From positions 38,752,001 to 38,816,000 of the forward strand of contig CM052816.1 in NCBI GenBank assembly GCA_028534125.1: DNA of 64,000 nt. Reading direction: 5' to 3'. Positions 1-15,300 of the stretch are shown piece after piece. Position 1 is the first letter of the stretch. The number at the start of each line of letters is the position of its first letter. The DNA is from Lama glama. Lineage: Eukaryota. Under the pieces are notes generated by a model that was not told where the DNA came from, searched no databases, and was given only the letters and a program-made list of their open reading frames with translations. The position numbers were made by a program, and so were the translations under genes.

Positions 1-254
1 AGAGTTAAGTGGAGGTGAGGGAGGGACCACTTGTGAGCGTCCACCTTCCCCTAGGTGATGCTGTAAGCTCTTCAGAGACTGCTTAGACACCCTCCCGCAA
101 ATCAGAAGTGCTATGTTTTATTCTCCAAATCTGTAGAAAAACCACTGCACTTTTTAAAAGAAAATGTATCTTTTCTTTGAAACTGTATATATAATTTTAA
201 GATCAAAAGGATATTTTAAAAAAAACTAGTAAGGTAAGTAAGGCACTTTTACTC

Positions 255-435
255 AACTGCTGTGTAACCTTACACTGATACTTAACCTGTGTCTGCCTCA
301 GTTTCCTCTTCCCAGAAATGAGGATAGTAATAGTATCTACATTATAGTGTTGCTCTAAACATTAAATAAGATTACGTATGTAAAGATCTTTGCGTGGTGC
401 TTGACACACAGTAAATACTCAGTAAATGTTAGCTT
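255..435 (+). mobile_element. MIR SINE remnant
   Basis: cttaacctgtgtctgcctcagtttcctc...aaatgaggatagtaatagta...cacacagtaaatactcagtaaatgttagct follows the MIR core and 3' end. Confidence 0.8.
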
Positions 436-1423
436 TTCTTAATGTAATGATACTGAAATAATGGCAATAACTTAAGGTAAATTATATATTACAAACTAAT
501 ATAGCAAGCAAATACTTAACGTTGCCTATGGTTCATTGAATTTCAGTGTTACCTTTTTTTTGTATTCTTTTTTTAACATTTGGTTTTATTTATGGTTTAT
601 TACTTTCATTTTTCCAAGCTTAGAACATTGTTATTGCTGTTTATGATTATTTTATCTATTTCAAAATCCTTAGACCAAGTAATGTATTTTAGGGGAGAAC
701 ATGTTTGTTAGGCATTTGAAATGCAGCATTTCTACTCTTACTGCCCCAAATATGATATTTTTGGTCAGGTCATACTAAATCTTTTTTGAAGTATCAGGGT
801 AAAGGCTATAGATAAAGTATATTAGGCATTTTTTTCATAAACAAAGTTAATCAGTAAAGTTGTAAACACAATATTTTTTAAAATATTTTGTATAGTTTCT
901 AGTTGTAAAAGGCTGTGTTCTACAGTGACACACTGGTATTGTCTTAGTCACCAAGGAAAGCAGAGATGAGTTCCTACAGTTTTCTAGTATTGTTTCCTTT
1001 ATAGTCTGAGTCTAAGTTAGGAACTGTCTTTGTAGTGAATTTTTATAAAAGTCACTATTGTAAAGTCACTACTTGTAAAGTCACTATACACTAGAATCAT
1101 GTGGATCCAAAATTTTTAAATCACCTATAATAAAAGCCTAAGCTAATACAGTGTATACTACTATACAGTGCATACTAATGTTAGCACATCTATCTTACAT
1201 GAGAGTTATATTTTATTAGTCCGAATTAAAGGTAAGTCTAATTTTCATTTGTCATCCGTAGAATTAAATCGGATACTTTAAAAGAAAGATACACATCATA
1301 AAAATAGGAATACTAAAACCCTTGATTGCACAGCTGTTCAGAAAGTACAGTGTAATGGCTTTATTATGCCTTAGGAACGTTTTACTTATATATTAATTTC
1401 TTTACAATTTGTCACAGGATTAA

Positions 1424-1663
<240 letters not shown>

Positions 1664-2625
1664 TAAGACATTCTGGAAAGATAAGATTTTGAGTTGCTGA
1701 GGGGTTTACTTTTTATTAGAAGCATGTTTACTTTAACCATTAAGACTATAAGTATTAAAATATTACATACTTTGATGACTTTTAGGTAAAGGACATTCTA
1801 CATAACTAGCCATTTCTAAACTCTGGGCTAATCAGTATGATTTTGATGTGTTGAGATATATGATTTCCAAAGCCTACCATCTGGGTCCACTTAATGGAGA
1901 AAAAGAAGGGAAAAAAGAAAAAACAAAAGCCCCAACAACCCAGTGCCTGTTTGTGGCATCACCAAAGCCAGGACAGCCTAGAGCTGGCTCCTCATTACTG
2001 CTGGTGTCTGCCTGTACCTTCTCTCCCCCTAATTGCTGCTTTGAGTTGGCTGTGGGTTTGGAAGTCTGATAACCCAGCCCTTTAAAACTGTGAAAAAAAA
2101 AGATACTCAGCAACACCTGAGGAAGTCTCCTGGGGGTAAAGTGCATGGCTTAGTGACCTATGTGTTTGCTGCTCAGGATCCTTTCACATTTGATTACTGG
2201 TTCTCAGTCATGATCCAGTGAGGCGGATTCACTGAATTAGCAACTTCTGGAGAGATGAACTATTATTTAAATTAGTTTTCATTTTTTAATGGCTTAAACT
2301 TAATCATAGGGCCACATTAGCTTTTAAAAACATTTTGTTAAGGATTGGAATGGAAGGAGGAGGGTAATTCACTACATTTACTCTGGTAAAATTTGAATTT
2401 TCTCCTTGCCATGTATTACCTACTCAAACTCTTTTCTAATTAAAAAATAAGAATAAGTCTAGCATACCAGAAACACACCATAAATGTTGCTATTGAGATG
2501 AGAAGGAAGACAAAAATGGTCTTTCTGTAGCTTACTGACAGTGTTCTATGCAATTTCCCTCAAAGACTCTGTCTTCAGGCAAAAAGAAACAGTCTCTTGT
2601 GACTAGACAAAACTGTTTCTTATAG

Positions 2626-2886
<261 letters not shown>

Positions 2887-3079
2887 TAATTTATAATTTC
2901 CAAATAAAAATTTTAGACAACATTTGAAAAATAATCTCTGATAAATTATCATGTTATAAAACTAGGGTATCTAAAAGTATTTTCTGTATATTTTAAATGA
3001 TTTTTTTTTGTTTTTACTAGTGGAATAACTTTGTCTGGTTTAAAAATTCAGTATTTGCTCTTTCACACATCTCTCATAT

Positions 3080-3420
3080 ACTGCTCTTACCCGAGGTATC
3101 TGTGTGCTTTACACCTCACTTCCTTCTGTACTAGACTCAACTGTCACCTTTTCAAAGAGGCCTTCCATGCTAGCTGAAAGTATGTTAGTTAGCCTTGTGC
3201 CTTGCATTCACAGTCTCTGTTCTTCAGCTTGATTTTACCCTGCTCATCACCACTTAACCTGTTATATTTATCTATTTATTTACTTACTATTTCCTAGTAC
3301 CAGAGAGTAAGTTCCATAAAGGCAAGGACTTTGTTTTATTTATTGCTGTATCCCAAACCCTTAGAGCATATGTCTCACATGTAGTAGGAGTTCAGTAAGT
3401 ATTTGTGGAATAAATGAACA
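3080..3420 (+). mobile_element. L2 LINE 3' end remnant
   Basis: gtaagttccataaaggcaaggactttgttt...tgctgtatccc...gtaggagttcagtaagtatttgtggaataaatgaa, a typical L2 terminus. Confidence 0.75.
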
Positions 3421-3474
3421 AATATGTCTAATTAACACATTTAATCTCAACTTCCAATATTAATCCATATTAAT

Positions 3475-3737
3475 AGGTAGTAATAGTACTAAACATCTGT
3501 AGTGCCACACTCTGTTGTGAATGCTTTCTGTATATTAAATTATATGGTCCCCATACAACCTTATAAAGTAGATATAACCTTATAAAGTACTATTTCAGCA
3601 GCTTTACAGATGGGGCACTAAAGTACAGGAGCTGGATAACTTGCCCAAGATCAAAGAGCCAGTAGGTGATAGGGCAGGGACTCAAACCTGGGCAGTTTGG
3701 CTCTGAGTCCAGACTCTTAATTAGCATGCTGCCTCTA
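3475..3737 (-). mobile_element. MIR SINE remnant
   Basis: tttacagatggggcactaaag...aacttgcccaagatc...ggactcaaacctgggcagtttggctctgagtcc, the reverse MIR core. Confidence 0.8.
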
Positions 3738-3749
3738 GTAGCTCTAGGT

Positions 3750-4430
3750 CATTTTTTTCAACTGCTGTGTAGCATTCCGTTTATGAATATTCTGCAATTC
3801 ATTTATCCATTCTGCTACTGGACATTTAGTTTATTTCAGAGCTCTTGCTATTACAAACAACACTGCAGTGAACATTCTTAAAGAATTTCTTGTACACATT
3901 TGCAAGGAGTAGCAAAAGCCTCCATAGGATATATATCTGAGAGATGAATTGCTAGCTCATAGAATATGAGCATCTTAACCTTTTCCACATGTTGCCAAGT
4001 TAGTCTCTGAAATGTTCCTGCCAATTTACACTCCCTGTGGAAGTACATGAAATATACTGTATCTGAAATGTTCTGTATCTTCACCAAGTTAGGAATTTCA
4101 GAATTTTTATTTGCCATTTTGAGGAGAATGAAATGGTATATCATTGTATTTTTAATTTAGATTTCTCTCCTGATGGAGCATCTTTTTCAAATGTCTATTA
4201 GGCATTCAATTTCTTTTTCTCTGAGTTTTACATGTTTATATTCTTTGCCTATTTTTGTTTTATTTTTATCCTTTTTCCTTACTGATTTTAGGGTTTTTAA
4301 AATATGTATTATATGCTAGTCTTTAGTTATAGTCTTGTAAATATCTTACGCTACTCCATGAGTTATTTTTCACTATATTTTATATTTTAACTTATGTTCA
4401 TAAGTTAATTTTAATATAGGAAATTTACCA
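3750..4430 (-). mobile_element. Ancient L1 (L1M-type) remnant
   Basis: catttatccattctgctactggacatttagttt...gctattacaaacaacactgcagtgaacattct...gaaatggtatatcattgtattttt, antisense L1 ORF2 3' region. Confidence 0.75.
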
Positions 4431-5073
4431 ATCTATTTGAAATAAAAAACTATTTAATAGCAAAATATTTCTAAACCTCCAGAAACACTTAACTTAGAAA
4501 CTATTCCCTCTATTCTAATTCTCAGTTTCAACAAATCAGAAATACAAAGTACATTTAGAGGCATTACATTATCATAGCTGTGTCTACAACTATCAAGAAA
4601 ATAATAAATTAGAAAGAAAAAATATTGAGTTTCATCTTATGCTGTTTTTAAACTTAGTCATTTTTTTAACTCTTTAGAAAAAGACTTATCTGCAGTAACT
4701 TTGAAACATAAGAAAAAAAGTTTCAAGATTTTACTGAGGAAAAGCCTAGATACATTAAACAAGAAAATATTTAATGTGTTTGCATAGTGTTTAGCCAATA
4801 GTTGGTGCTGGACAGTTGTAGATGTTAATAATTTTTTAAATGTAACAAATTTAGACCTTTAAAGAATGAAAAGTTTCTTGGGATTTTGATTCTGTATGTG
4901 GTCATATGCTTTACGAAATAATGTTTTCTTGAATTCCAGTCTAGTTTTAGGTTTCTGCTGTCTGATTCTTTGAACTGAGCTTCTGTCCAAAGTGATTTCC
5001 AAATGTTTGAACCATTCAGAGCACAAATGTCCAGGGCATGTTCCTCAGCTCCTTGTTCTTTTGCCCCATTTGA

Positions 5074-5307
<234 letters not shown>

Positions 5308-6218
5308 TGATTGTTCTCTGACTGTACTGGTTTGGGCGTGCAGCAAGGATACATGTTATCAACAAGTTGAATGAATAGCTATGGCCTTCTCATCATTCAT
5401 GAGTTACAATGTAATTGATGTGTCCTATGCTAGCATCCTGTAAAATTCTTCTAGTAATGATGATTCTGTGCCATTTTCTCATTTCAAATGCCGTTCCTTG
5501 AAATTAATGATGCCTTTCAATGGCCTTAAAATGGGTAAACATTATTTCAGAGATGAGAAGCAGGAATATTATTATTACACATTTAACATTTTAGTTTATA
5601 GCACTGAAACAAGTTAACTCAAAAAATACCAGTAAAAGTGCTTTGAAAAGTTCTTATTCATTTTAAATGTACTTGACAAGACTGACGAAATTGTGTAACA
5701 AAGAACTTTTTAAAACTCATACTTAAGTAATATAATGAAAGTAAATTACTTGTCTGTGTTTTGCATGACCCAAAGTCTTTGTGCAGAAAACAGATTGATA
5801 CACTACAGTAGTGAAGACCTGAAATCCTTTGTGACTTTGTGTACATAAAATTAATTTTATTTTATGCTCAATCTCAAGAAGTAGAAATTAGGCTTTTCTC
5901 AGAATTTTATAGAAGGGAATCTGTTCTAAAAGCTAACTTCACTTTGAAAATAAGTTTATAGCATATACTTTGCTTTTTCATGACATTATTTTCGTAAGGG
6001 AAAATGTCTTTCTGGAATATTTAAAAAATTGAGTCACTAACTCATTGAAGCAGCTAAAAATACTAAACTAAATTTTGCAGGTTGAATATGGATGTTGTTA
6101 CTTTCTACTGTTGTTATTCACTGTAAAGGTCATTACATTTTAGTTGAATTACATAAGCATAGAAATTTAAGTATGACAGTTTTGAAATCCTAATACATTT
6201 TATTATGGTGTATTTTAG

Positions 6219-6329
<111 letters not shown>

Positions 6330-8288
6330 ATCAAATAACTGGACTTTGACTATGTCTAATTGATTTCTAATCCCATTTATTCCTCAAGTGAGATTAGAAA
6401 TGTTCAGTGCTTTTTAGAATGTCACAGTTCACAATATCATACTGGGTTTTTGAAGTATTTTCAAAGGGTACCTTCCATGTTAACCACAAAATTCACATTT
6501 TTATAAATTACAACACTGCCTCAGCTTTTGTTAAATCTTAGTTATCTTTGAAATTTGTTTCACAATTTTATCTCACAAAAACATATTTCTATTAAGAGAA
6601 ATCATGTTGTAAAGAAGTATATTCTAAAAATGTAAATAAACCATTCACTAAAGGTCTTTTCTGAGAAATGAGACAGAATTATTTTATGAATTTTGAGCTT
6701 GATTTTTAATGCTTTCATTGTCATAAAGGTCCTTTTGGTGGTCAGTAGCTGATTTTTGCTCTTCGTCCCATTTTAATCCACTTTTTCTCCTGGTTCCATT
6801 GTTCTAGCAGTGGCACTCTTTCAGTTTTGCTACTAGTCTTGTTTTGATCAGTGTTAAATAATTTTTTATTTTAACAACTCTACTAGTGATCAGTATACCA
6901 TGCCCTTGGGGAAGGAGAACTTAAGTGAAAATGTATCATTATGTCTGGGACCCCCTTCTTAAATGTAAAATTAATTAACGTATCTATTTGTTAGCTATAC
7001 TTAAAGTTGTTCTTCGGGCAAATCAAGATCCTCTACTTTTTCACTCAACTTAAACATATTTGAAAGGAATTCTCCTCAAAGGTCAGATATTATATAAAAT
7101 CCAAGATAGATATACATATGTGATAAAAACATTGGTTTATGTCATTTTGTGATAAGGGATGTATCTTCATTAGCAAAAATTATATAACCATTATTAATAA
7201 TATTTCTTAAATACGTCCTGGCTTTTTACCTTACTTCAACACAATCTAAAAAGCATTTATACAATAAGTATGTCTTAGAACTGAAACAGTAACACTCTAG
7301 AGAAAGTTAATTATAGTAGTTCACAATTTCACAACAGAGAACTGTCATATTTTATAAGGCTGTTTTGAAATTGTTTTAAAAGATACTGTATAAATGTATA
7401 TAATTTGGCTCTTTACTACTGTATGTTAGAACTGGAAGAGACCTTAAAGACAATATATGTAGTCCATTGCCCTTTTTTTTTTTAATAGATAAAAGGAAAT
7501 CCTGAAAGGTGAATTTAATTAACTTACCCATTAAAGGTGAATCAATTAATTAATTAATTGGAGAAAGTTACACAATTACAACTACTTACAATTGTTAATA
7601 CAATTAATCATAATTAAGTAACTTAATTACAACAATCTAATACTATATAACCTAGTGCAGGATTCTCCCTCTAACAGAAAGTAGAAACTATTACTAAAAG
7701 TATTTAGTGAATAAAGTAAAATAGAGGATGATAAGAAGAATAAATTTAATTTACCAAATACTGTTAATTAAACTTTAAGATACTAAAATTCATTTAAATT
7801 ACTTTCTTAGACAAAACTTTACCAATGAACAATGATTTTCTTAGTAATCGATGAAGGCTTATTGGTATCAGGACTTTAGACAAAATTAAGACTTACATAG
7901 GACATTTAGATACATAATAAAATTTGAACTACCTAAGTATATAGAAAAGAATGTGCCTTGATTATTATGAAATATAATGACTCTATGTTCAGTATTACCC
8001 CAAATGTACTTTTAATACTTACAGATTCTAAGATTACATCATAAAATTCCAAGTTTCCATAATGTTAGGATAGCCAGTATTTTAGGATAAAATATAAAGT
8101 ATCAACAAAATGTAGTTATAGATTTAGCTTTGGATATTTAATCCAGTACTCAGGGAAAATCAGTATCTAAGTAAATTATTGTTTTAATAATCATCCTTAA
8201 ATTGCTAACCTCTGAGAGGTGGATAGCTACATGTATGTAGAAGGAATAACCAAGAAATGGTAGAGGTTCAAGTGCCATGATTGTATCT

Positions 8289-8358
8289 AATAAAACTGAA
8301 GGTAACATTAAAATATTTATCGTATATTTTCTGTTGTGTGTGTTATGTGTGGTTTTTT
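8289..8358 (+). terminator. Likely distal NUDT12 polyadenylation signal
   Basis: AATAAA at 8289-8294 and ATTAAA at 8307-8312, preceded by TGTA and followed by a GT-rich element (ctgttgtgtgtgttatgtgtggtttttt). About 2 kb after the stop codon. Confidence 0.65.
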
Positions 8359-11300
8359 AATATGTTTTGATAAATGTCTTCCGAAAAATGGAAAAAGCCA
8401 AATTTCAGTCATCTTCTCCTGTTTAGAATTAATAATACTGTAAACAAAAAATACAAAAGCCTTTTTAAAAGTTGTCACATTTGGAAGGCTTAAGTTTTTT
8501 TATTTAAATCTTTTTAATCTTTCTAATCTTGTAGCTTGGGGTCATACATATGTGTATACATACATAACACATGGACATATATATACTATATATACATATA
8601 CACACACATATATAGGGCAGTAATTTTTCATCTTCAGATTTAAAGTTATGTATTAGTCTAATATCTGTTTTTTTATTTGTCTAATACTACCAATCCTTGC
8701 ATTTTTAATTTTTCACTACTTTACTATTTACTATATTCATCTAGCTGGAAAAATGATTTGAGTAACTCTTTCAAAGATAAGGTTAGGGACATAGATGCAG
8801 ACAGAAAAGAATGGAACAACAGAATGAGACTATGAGATGGAAGGAGAAAGTATAAGTTTGTTAATAGGTCAAATAATAGGTCAAATATGTCAAATTAAGT
8901 CTCATATAACAACAGTAGACAGCTGCTCTTAGAACTGTGTTGCTATAGTGTATAACAAAATACTAGATGAAACTATTCTATAAAACAAATCAATTAATTA
9001 TTTAGAATAAAATTTCCACAATGTAAATTTAATTAGGGATGAGAACAAGTTGTCTGGTTCTGAATGTGTGTGCACATGCTGCGACTAGTGGATGATGGGT
9101 GAAATTTATGTGCTGTGCTTAAAAGAGACAGTTTTCTGTAGCAGAAAAAAAATATCTAGGAATCCAAAGTAAAGTAATGCAAAGTGTAAAACTAGGAGTG
9201 TCTGTCTACAAATGTAAAAGATCTAAAGATCTAAAGAAATTTAACACCTCTTAGCCAACTGGAGATACGCACTTCATAGGGTTGTTTAAGGATAAAATGA
9301 AATAATAATTGTTAATACTCTATATATCAAGTCCTGTATAAGCATTATTAGTATTATGAGAAAAGCTAACCAAAGAGTTGTTTTCTTAGGAGTTTGTAAA
9401 TAGGGATCCATAAATAATTCTTAGAAATATATTGGAAATAACAGGCAAAAAATAACTTTTACAGAGTTCTGAAATTTGAATTTTAATTAAATTTATCATT
9501 TATTAGTACAAATGTTAGATGTACTAAATAAGGAGAATTATGTGCCCTTCTCATGTATAAAACAAAACAAAGCATTTATGTGATTAAATATATCATAAGA
9601 GAGTGAAAACTATGCTTATTATTCATGAAGATTTATGAAAAGGCTGGGAAATAAAGAGGTCAGTATGACAAACCTAGTAATTTGTATAAAATAAGAGTAT
9701 TTTTCAAAAAATAGTCATTATTAGATACCTCTACAGCCATGAAAAGTTTGAGGTTCACACAGATATAGCCGTATTTTCTCCTGTCATCCTTCACAGTGCC
9801 TCCCAGAACACACAGAGTTCCTACTGGCTTCCCCCTCATGGCTAGATTCCCCCGAAGACCTCACTATGACAACGCAGAGCGGGTAACAGTCAAGGCCAGC
9901 ATGGCTCCTGAGATTTGAATTTGCACACTTTGCTGGGGCATCTTTTCTTTGGAGTTCCAAACCCTCCAAACTATCTGGCACTAGAGCACTCAGACTTGTT
10001 TCATAAACACAAGTAAACTCAGCAAAAAACGCAAAGTAACTCTTAGCAGCAAAGCTTGAATAAATGGCATTTTAAATCGTTTTTACCCCCACTGATGGAG
10101 ATGACTTGCACTCACTGCTATCTGAAAGCAGTAATAAATATTTATAAGGTACTCCTCTGAGATGTTCAAAACATCACACTGCTCCAAATACGAGTGCCAT
10201 TTCAGGCTAGAGTAAAATGAGCAGGATAAAAAGTAAACAAAAATAAACTTCAGACTAGATCACTTGTCCACTAAGTCTGTTCTAAAATAGATACGAGTAC
10301 CACTTTCAATTTCTCCTGCTGGGTGGAACTTCCACATTACTAAAAATGAAACTACCTCACAAGTTAAGTGGTTAAAAGAAAGCTCCTAATCCATTAGGGG
10401 TGAGACAAGGGGCTGGTCTGGTACAGTTCGCATGAGCCTAGGAATGGAAAGCCAGGCATGTTTTCATTCTTTATGCTGTAGTTTGTCTCTTATCAGACTT
10501 GTAGTTAGAAAGAAAAATGTATCCATTGCGAACAAGGCTTAAAAAAAGAAAAAAAAAAGATCTGTTTTAAAATTCCACAGCCACCTCCCCAACTCTTCTG
10601 TAGAGCATCATTATAATGGGAGTTGTGAAAAGGAGAAATACCTGTTGTCCAATGGATAGCACTGTCTGCTTAGCAATAAAAGAAATGTAGTATTCTTGAA
10701 GGAATAAAGATTAGTTAAAAGTGCTGCTTCTACCAGCGAGTAGCATTGTATGTGGATATCCTTCAGTGAAGATAGAATTTCCCTCTTAGCCCCATCAACA
10801 TGACTAAATGTTCATTTAATAGTTGAAAAAATTTTCCCAAATAAAAGAATTCAGGCTGATTACCCATTTTCCCCATGCCATCTTATTACTCAAGTAACTT
10901 TCCTTTGGGCAAATTATTTGAAAATTTATGGGATATAATAATAAAATGCACACCTTTTTTCAGAAGCTGTTTTGAATTCTACTTGAGTGTCCTGGGAAGG
11001 AGAAGGATACAGCGTAGGGGAAAAAATCATTTTCAGTACTAAGTGTATGTTCACAAACAACTCCTTTCTAGATCTCTTCTGACTGATGAGACTCTTTTTG
11101 AAGATTCAAGCTCTTGGCAACATTGGTATTCCTGTCTCCTCAAAACACGCTGTGTCTCTGTGCCTCTCTTCAGCCCCTGTGGTGTCAAAGCTCCAAAGCT
11201 TTTGGCCCCCTTATCGAGCACCCCTCATTTGCACTAAAGTCTTCTGCCCTCCTTTTCTAACCCCTTTGCAGCTGCTTCTGGTTTGCCTCAAGCCAAAGCT

Positions 11301-11379
11301 TGAGTCCAAGTATTTCACCCCAAATCCTTTAATTTGTCCACTTACTAGAGCTATCTTACAGAACTTTCCTATAATGCTG

Positions 11380-11990
11380 CATTGTCAAAAGCACATCCAG
11401 TCCTGTTTTTTTTCTTTCAATTTTTTAAGTTTTGGTCATTTTTCAGATGGGCCTTCTACTCTTGTTACCCTGCACATTTCTGCAGGACCTTCACTACTTA
11501 TCTGGTTCCCAAATTTCTATCTTCAGCTGTCTATCAGACATACCTACGTGGATGCCTCAGAGCCTCCCAAATGTATAAAATTAAATTATCTTTTCTCCCA
11601 AGCATGTTCCTGCTTCTGTATACCTATTTCAATAGTCTTGCAATTACCCAACATGGAACTTTGGATATTGTTATCCTTAATGTGTCTACTTTATCCCTCA
11701 CCCTATCCTACCCCTCAGTCAATCTCCAAACTCTGTCCCTTTTATTTCCCTTCCTATTTTAGATTTTATTCCCAATCCATTCTTTACATTATAGCCAAGG
11801 AGATTTTGCTAAGAGGCAATCTTTTCTAGTCTTTCCCTTCTTTAAAATTCCTGTGAAAGACTCTCCTTTGGACAAAGGATAAAGTCCTATTTTCTTAGCA
11901 TAGTAATTTACCTCTGCAGTTTCAACTCTCATCACTTCCCTTTCTTCCAGCCCTTTATATACACCATAATTTACGTTCTTGCAAAAAACC
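11380..11990 (+). mobile_element. L2 LINE remnant
   Basis: Pyrimidine-rich L2-like text (ccctcaccctatcc...cagtcaatctccaaactctgtcc...ggataaagtcc). Confidence 0.55.
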
Positions 11991-12169
11991 ACAAGACAAA
12001 CCTTCTAAATTTTTATCAGGTATTAATATTTATTAAGGATCACCTGAAGAATTATGATCACTATCATACACTACTAGTTTAAGTAGAAATGTTTCATTTA
12101 TTTAAAGATTCTAAACTATGTTTTCATTGATATATTTCATAGAATTTCAAAAATTCTAAGTCAGGGCCT

Positions 12170-12300
12170 GTATTATTTCCCCAGTTTTACAAATGAGCAC
12201 ACTGTGCCTAAGAGAAGTCAGGTGACTTCCCCAAGGTCAACACAGGATATGAAAATGGGATTCAAATTTAAATCTTAATCAAAGTCTACAGCCTCCCCCA
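12170..12300 (-). mobile_element. MIR remnant
   Basis: cccagttttacaaatgagcacactgtgcctaagagaagtcaggtgacttccccaaggtca. Confidence 0.7.
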
Positions 12301-15300
12301 TACCATGTACCAAACTGCTTCTGCCCCTGTACCTACCACACAAAGATAAATGAATTACCTGATAATTAATCCCACCCATGTAACAAGCCCAATTAGCGCA
12401 TTTAAGTTTTCATTTTTGTTTGGGTTTCTTCCACTTCATCTGCACCGTGAGAACATCATAGCTGTGTTTCATAATGCTCCTATCCAGGCTCCTAAGCCAC
12501 AAAAGCACACAGTGCAGCACTGTTCACTAAAACTATATTTGAAAATAAACAGACTGTTAGGAATGGTTAAGACAGATAATAATAGACTAGATTAAAGGAT
12601 AGCAGATCACTCCTGACACTGCATAAGATTAAGTATGCTAATCAGATTTTAGATTTAGACAACTCAGATATATCCCAAGTAGAACAAGACAAGGTACTCG
12701 GATCTTTACTTCACTTTCTTGCCTTTCAAAATACATATTTGAATTTTATCCATGTCTCCTTTAGAGTTGAAGGATTTATGAAGGCTTTATCCAGGTGAGC
12801 TGATTATACGTTCTTTTTACTTTTTTTGTTTTTTTTTCCATTTTGAATGAAATGTTCCCTATTTTAATTCTTGCTGTAGTAAATTAGTTGCTTGAGAAAC
12901 GATAAAGGCAAAGGGAAAACTATTTGAATGTTATACATAAAGATAATTTAACACCATATTTCTTTCGTCACAAAAAATCCAACAGCTGTTTGTAATTTGC
13001 TTTGTTACCAAATAGAGAGGATGGATATACCCCCCCCAAAAAAATTCTAAATAGTCAGTATGTTTAGGACTCTTTTGTTTATGCTAAGAAAGACATCATA
13101 TGCACATTTCAATAGCCACTATCGATATCCTAATTTGGTAATTTGAAATAAATTGTTCATTTGGAAAGCAAGGAAAATGTAACTGAACAGCCAGGCTGTT
13201 AAACATAATTGAAATTCATTCTGAATTCAGTGAGGGTCAGTTTCATTTCAAAGCAGCAGTCCTTGTTTTGAATTCCTATATTCTGCTTTGTTTCAGCTGC
13301 AGCATTAAATGTACTAATCACCAAAACGATTTTCTCATCTGGTTTGGTTAGTAGAATTTTTCTTGATTAATTTTATACTTAATTTTTCTATTATATAAAT
13401 GTTTATATTTAATTGTTGGGGAATACATTGATCACCCAGAATATTGTGATCTGATCTCAAGAAAGAAGACATTAAGGGTTAAAAATTTTCCTGTAACAAC
13501 AACTGCATCTACTCTGAGATTTAGACCAATTTCATAGGCAAATTATTCCGGCTTATATCTTTGGTATAAATAATCTCAAATTAAACTTTGCAAAATAAAG
13601 TATTTGCAACTTCACTGTCAGTTGACCTTTAAGTAAAATGTTCCAAGATTTTATGGCAATGTATATTTATAATCAAAGATTCCTCTGTGGAACAAGAATT
13701 CAGCCTGTCCTCCTTAACCTCCTCACTCTCAGAATGTAAATATTAGACAGTTTTTTTATCTCCTTTTCTTCTCTAGAATTTAAACATTAGTTCTTTTATT
13801 CAAGTATCAGATTACCATAATGTTGACTAAAATTACTCATTTGGAAAGTAAACTGAAAAGTAAGCTTCTATTTTCTACTTTTTTTTAAAGATACTGTATT
13901 CCCTCCCTGTTATGTGAAGTTATTTAACTTTTCAAAGAAATCTGTAGTAAACACGTGATGAAATTACAGTCAGGATGTTCATAAAATAGTCTTATTATCC
14001 TCTCTTCAGGGGAAAATCATCGAACAACCAAGTTTTCAAATGTCTTTAAAATGACACACCAGGAATTTAACTCTGATGGGTCAAATTCTCAACTGTCTCA
14101 TTATCTATGATGGCTCTTTCACAGAGTGTTCCTGATTATTTTTGTAAAAATACAAAAAAAAATTTTCAGAAAAAAATTCTGTATGTGATCTGACCTGTGA
14201 AGATAAAAACTCAGTACCTAAAATGCAGTTACTCTTATCTCATTAGACTGCCCAGAACCTCAGTGAATTTGAGAGATGGGATGGAATGTTAGCACTGATT
14301 ATCTGCCCAATATAAACCCAATCATAAAGTGATTAAATTAACCTGGCAGATTAATTCTAAACATAATTTTGCATTCCCTCACCACTGGCCAGACTGCCAG
14401 TTATACACTTTTTTACGACAGTGGGCAAAACCTCAGCTTAATCAGTAGCTCAAGCTATGTAAAAGGAAGGTCATCAAAAAATGTCACGCATAGGACATTT
14501 TAAAATAAAAGCCTTTTTACTGCTTGAAAAACATGCATTAGTTTGTATTAAGCTACAAAAATTTATTTATTTTAGTGAGTAAGTAAAGTGAGCATAGAAA
14601 ATGTTTTAAAATGCTGATTCTAAAATTTTTGGAGAAGATATATCCTCTAAATATTTTGATTAAAGTCTTTTTAAAGTCCATATATCTTATTTACAGTAAT
14701 ATTCTTAATCAAATTATTTTTTCAGAGATAATACAAGTAATTTCAAGGTAATTCAAGTTATCTTGAATTACGAATTCTAAACCAGTAATAAGGTTTAACA
14801 TTGCCCAAAATATCCTAAATATAGCTAAAAATAACAGTTGGCTCTTAATTTTTCTCACTCTTTAGAATTTCAAAGTGTGGTTATATATGAGTTTTCCTTG
14901 GCTCTTCAAAAGGAATGAAGATGTTACACATTTTCTGTTTTGAGCAATCAAAAACTCCCTGGTGTCACAGACTTGATGACATTTGCCCCTGAGGAATAAG
15001 ATGCAACTTCACTGAAAGAATCACAGGGATTTCATGTTTAGGGGGAACTACACACAAAGGTTTCTGTATGGAGATCAAGACATACATTCAAACACTACTT
15101 TAAATTGAGTTTTCAGGTTGAATGCTTCAAAATTAAGAGAGTGTCACTTAAACCCATCAAGAGTTGGTAAATCAGCAATTACTAAGTCTTCAGAAAACCA
15201 TAGCTCTTCTGGAACAGTCATTGAAATAGTGTGGCTGCACTTCAGTAAGTCAAAAGGGACACAACACTTCTCTTTAGAAAACTCAAAGGCATTTTTCATT

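Noticed and set aside
1048..1086. Three copies of AAAGTCACTA; similar short tandem duplications at 27490-27520, 29677-29702 and 39800-39827
   Set aside because: Ordinary slippage duplications with no unique spacers; not CRISPR-like, and the DNA is eukaryotic.
9780..9920. Pyrimidine tract plus AG followed by a GC-richer stretch (possible cryptic exon) and the antisense 65-aa ORF
   Set aside because: No recognisable peptide, no convincing donor, and no link to either gene.
11086..11829. 247-aa ORF (and nested 126-aa ORF)
   Set aside because: Leu/Phe/Ser/Pro/Cys-rich translation of pyrimidine-rich, L2-like sequence; no domain or splice support.
14748..14771. 10-bp perfect hairpin GTAATTCAAG-ttat-CTTGAATTAC
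   Set aside because: A stem of this length is expected by chance in 64 kb of AT-rich DNA.
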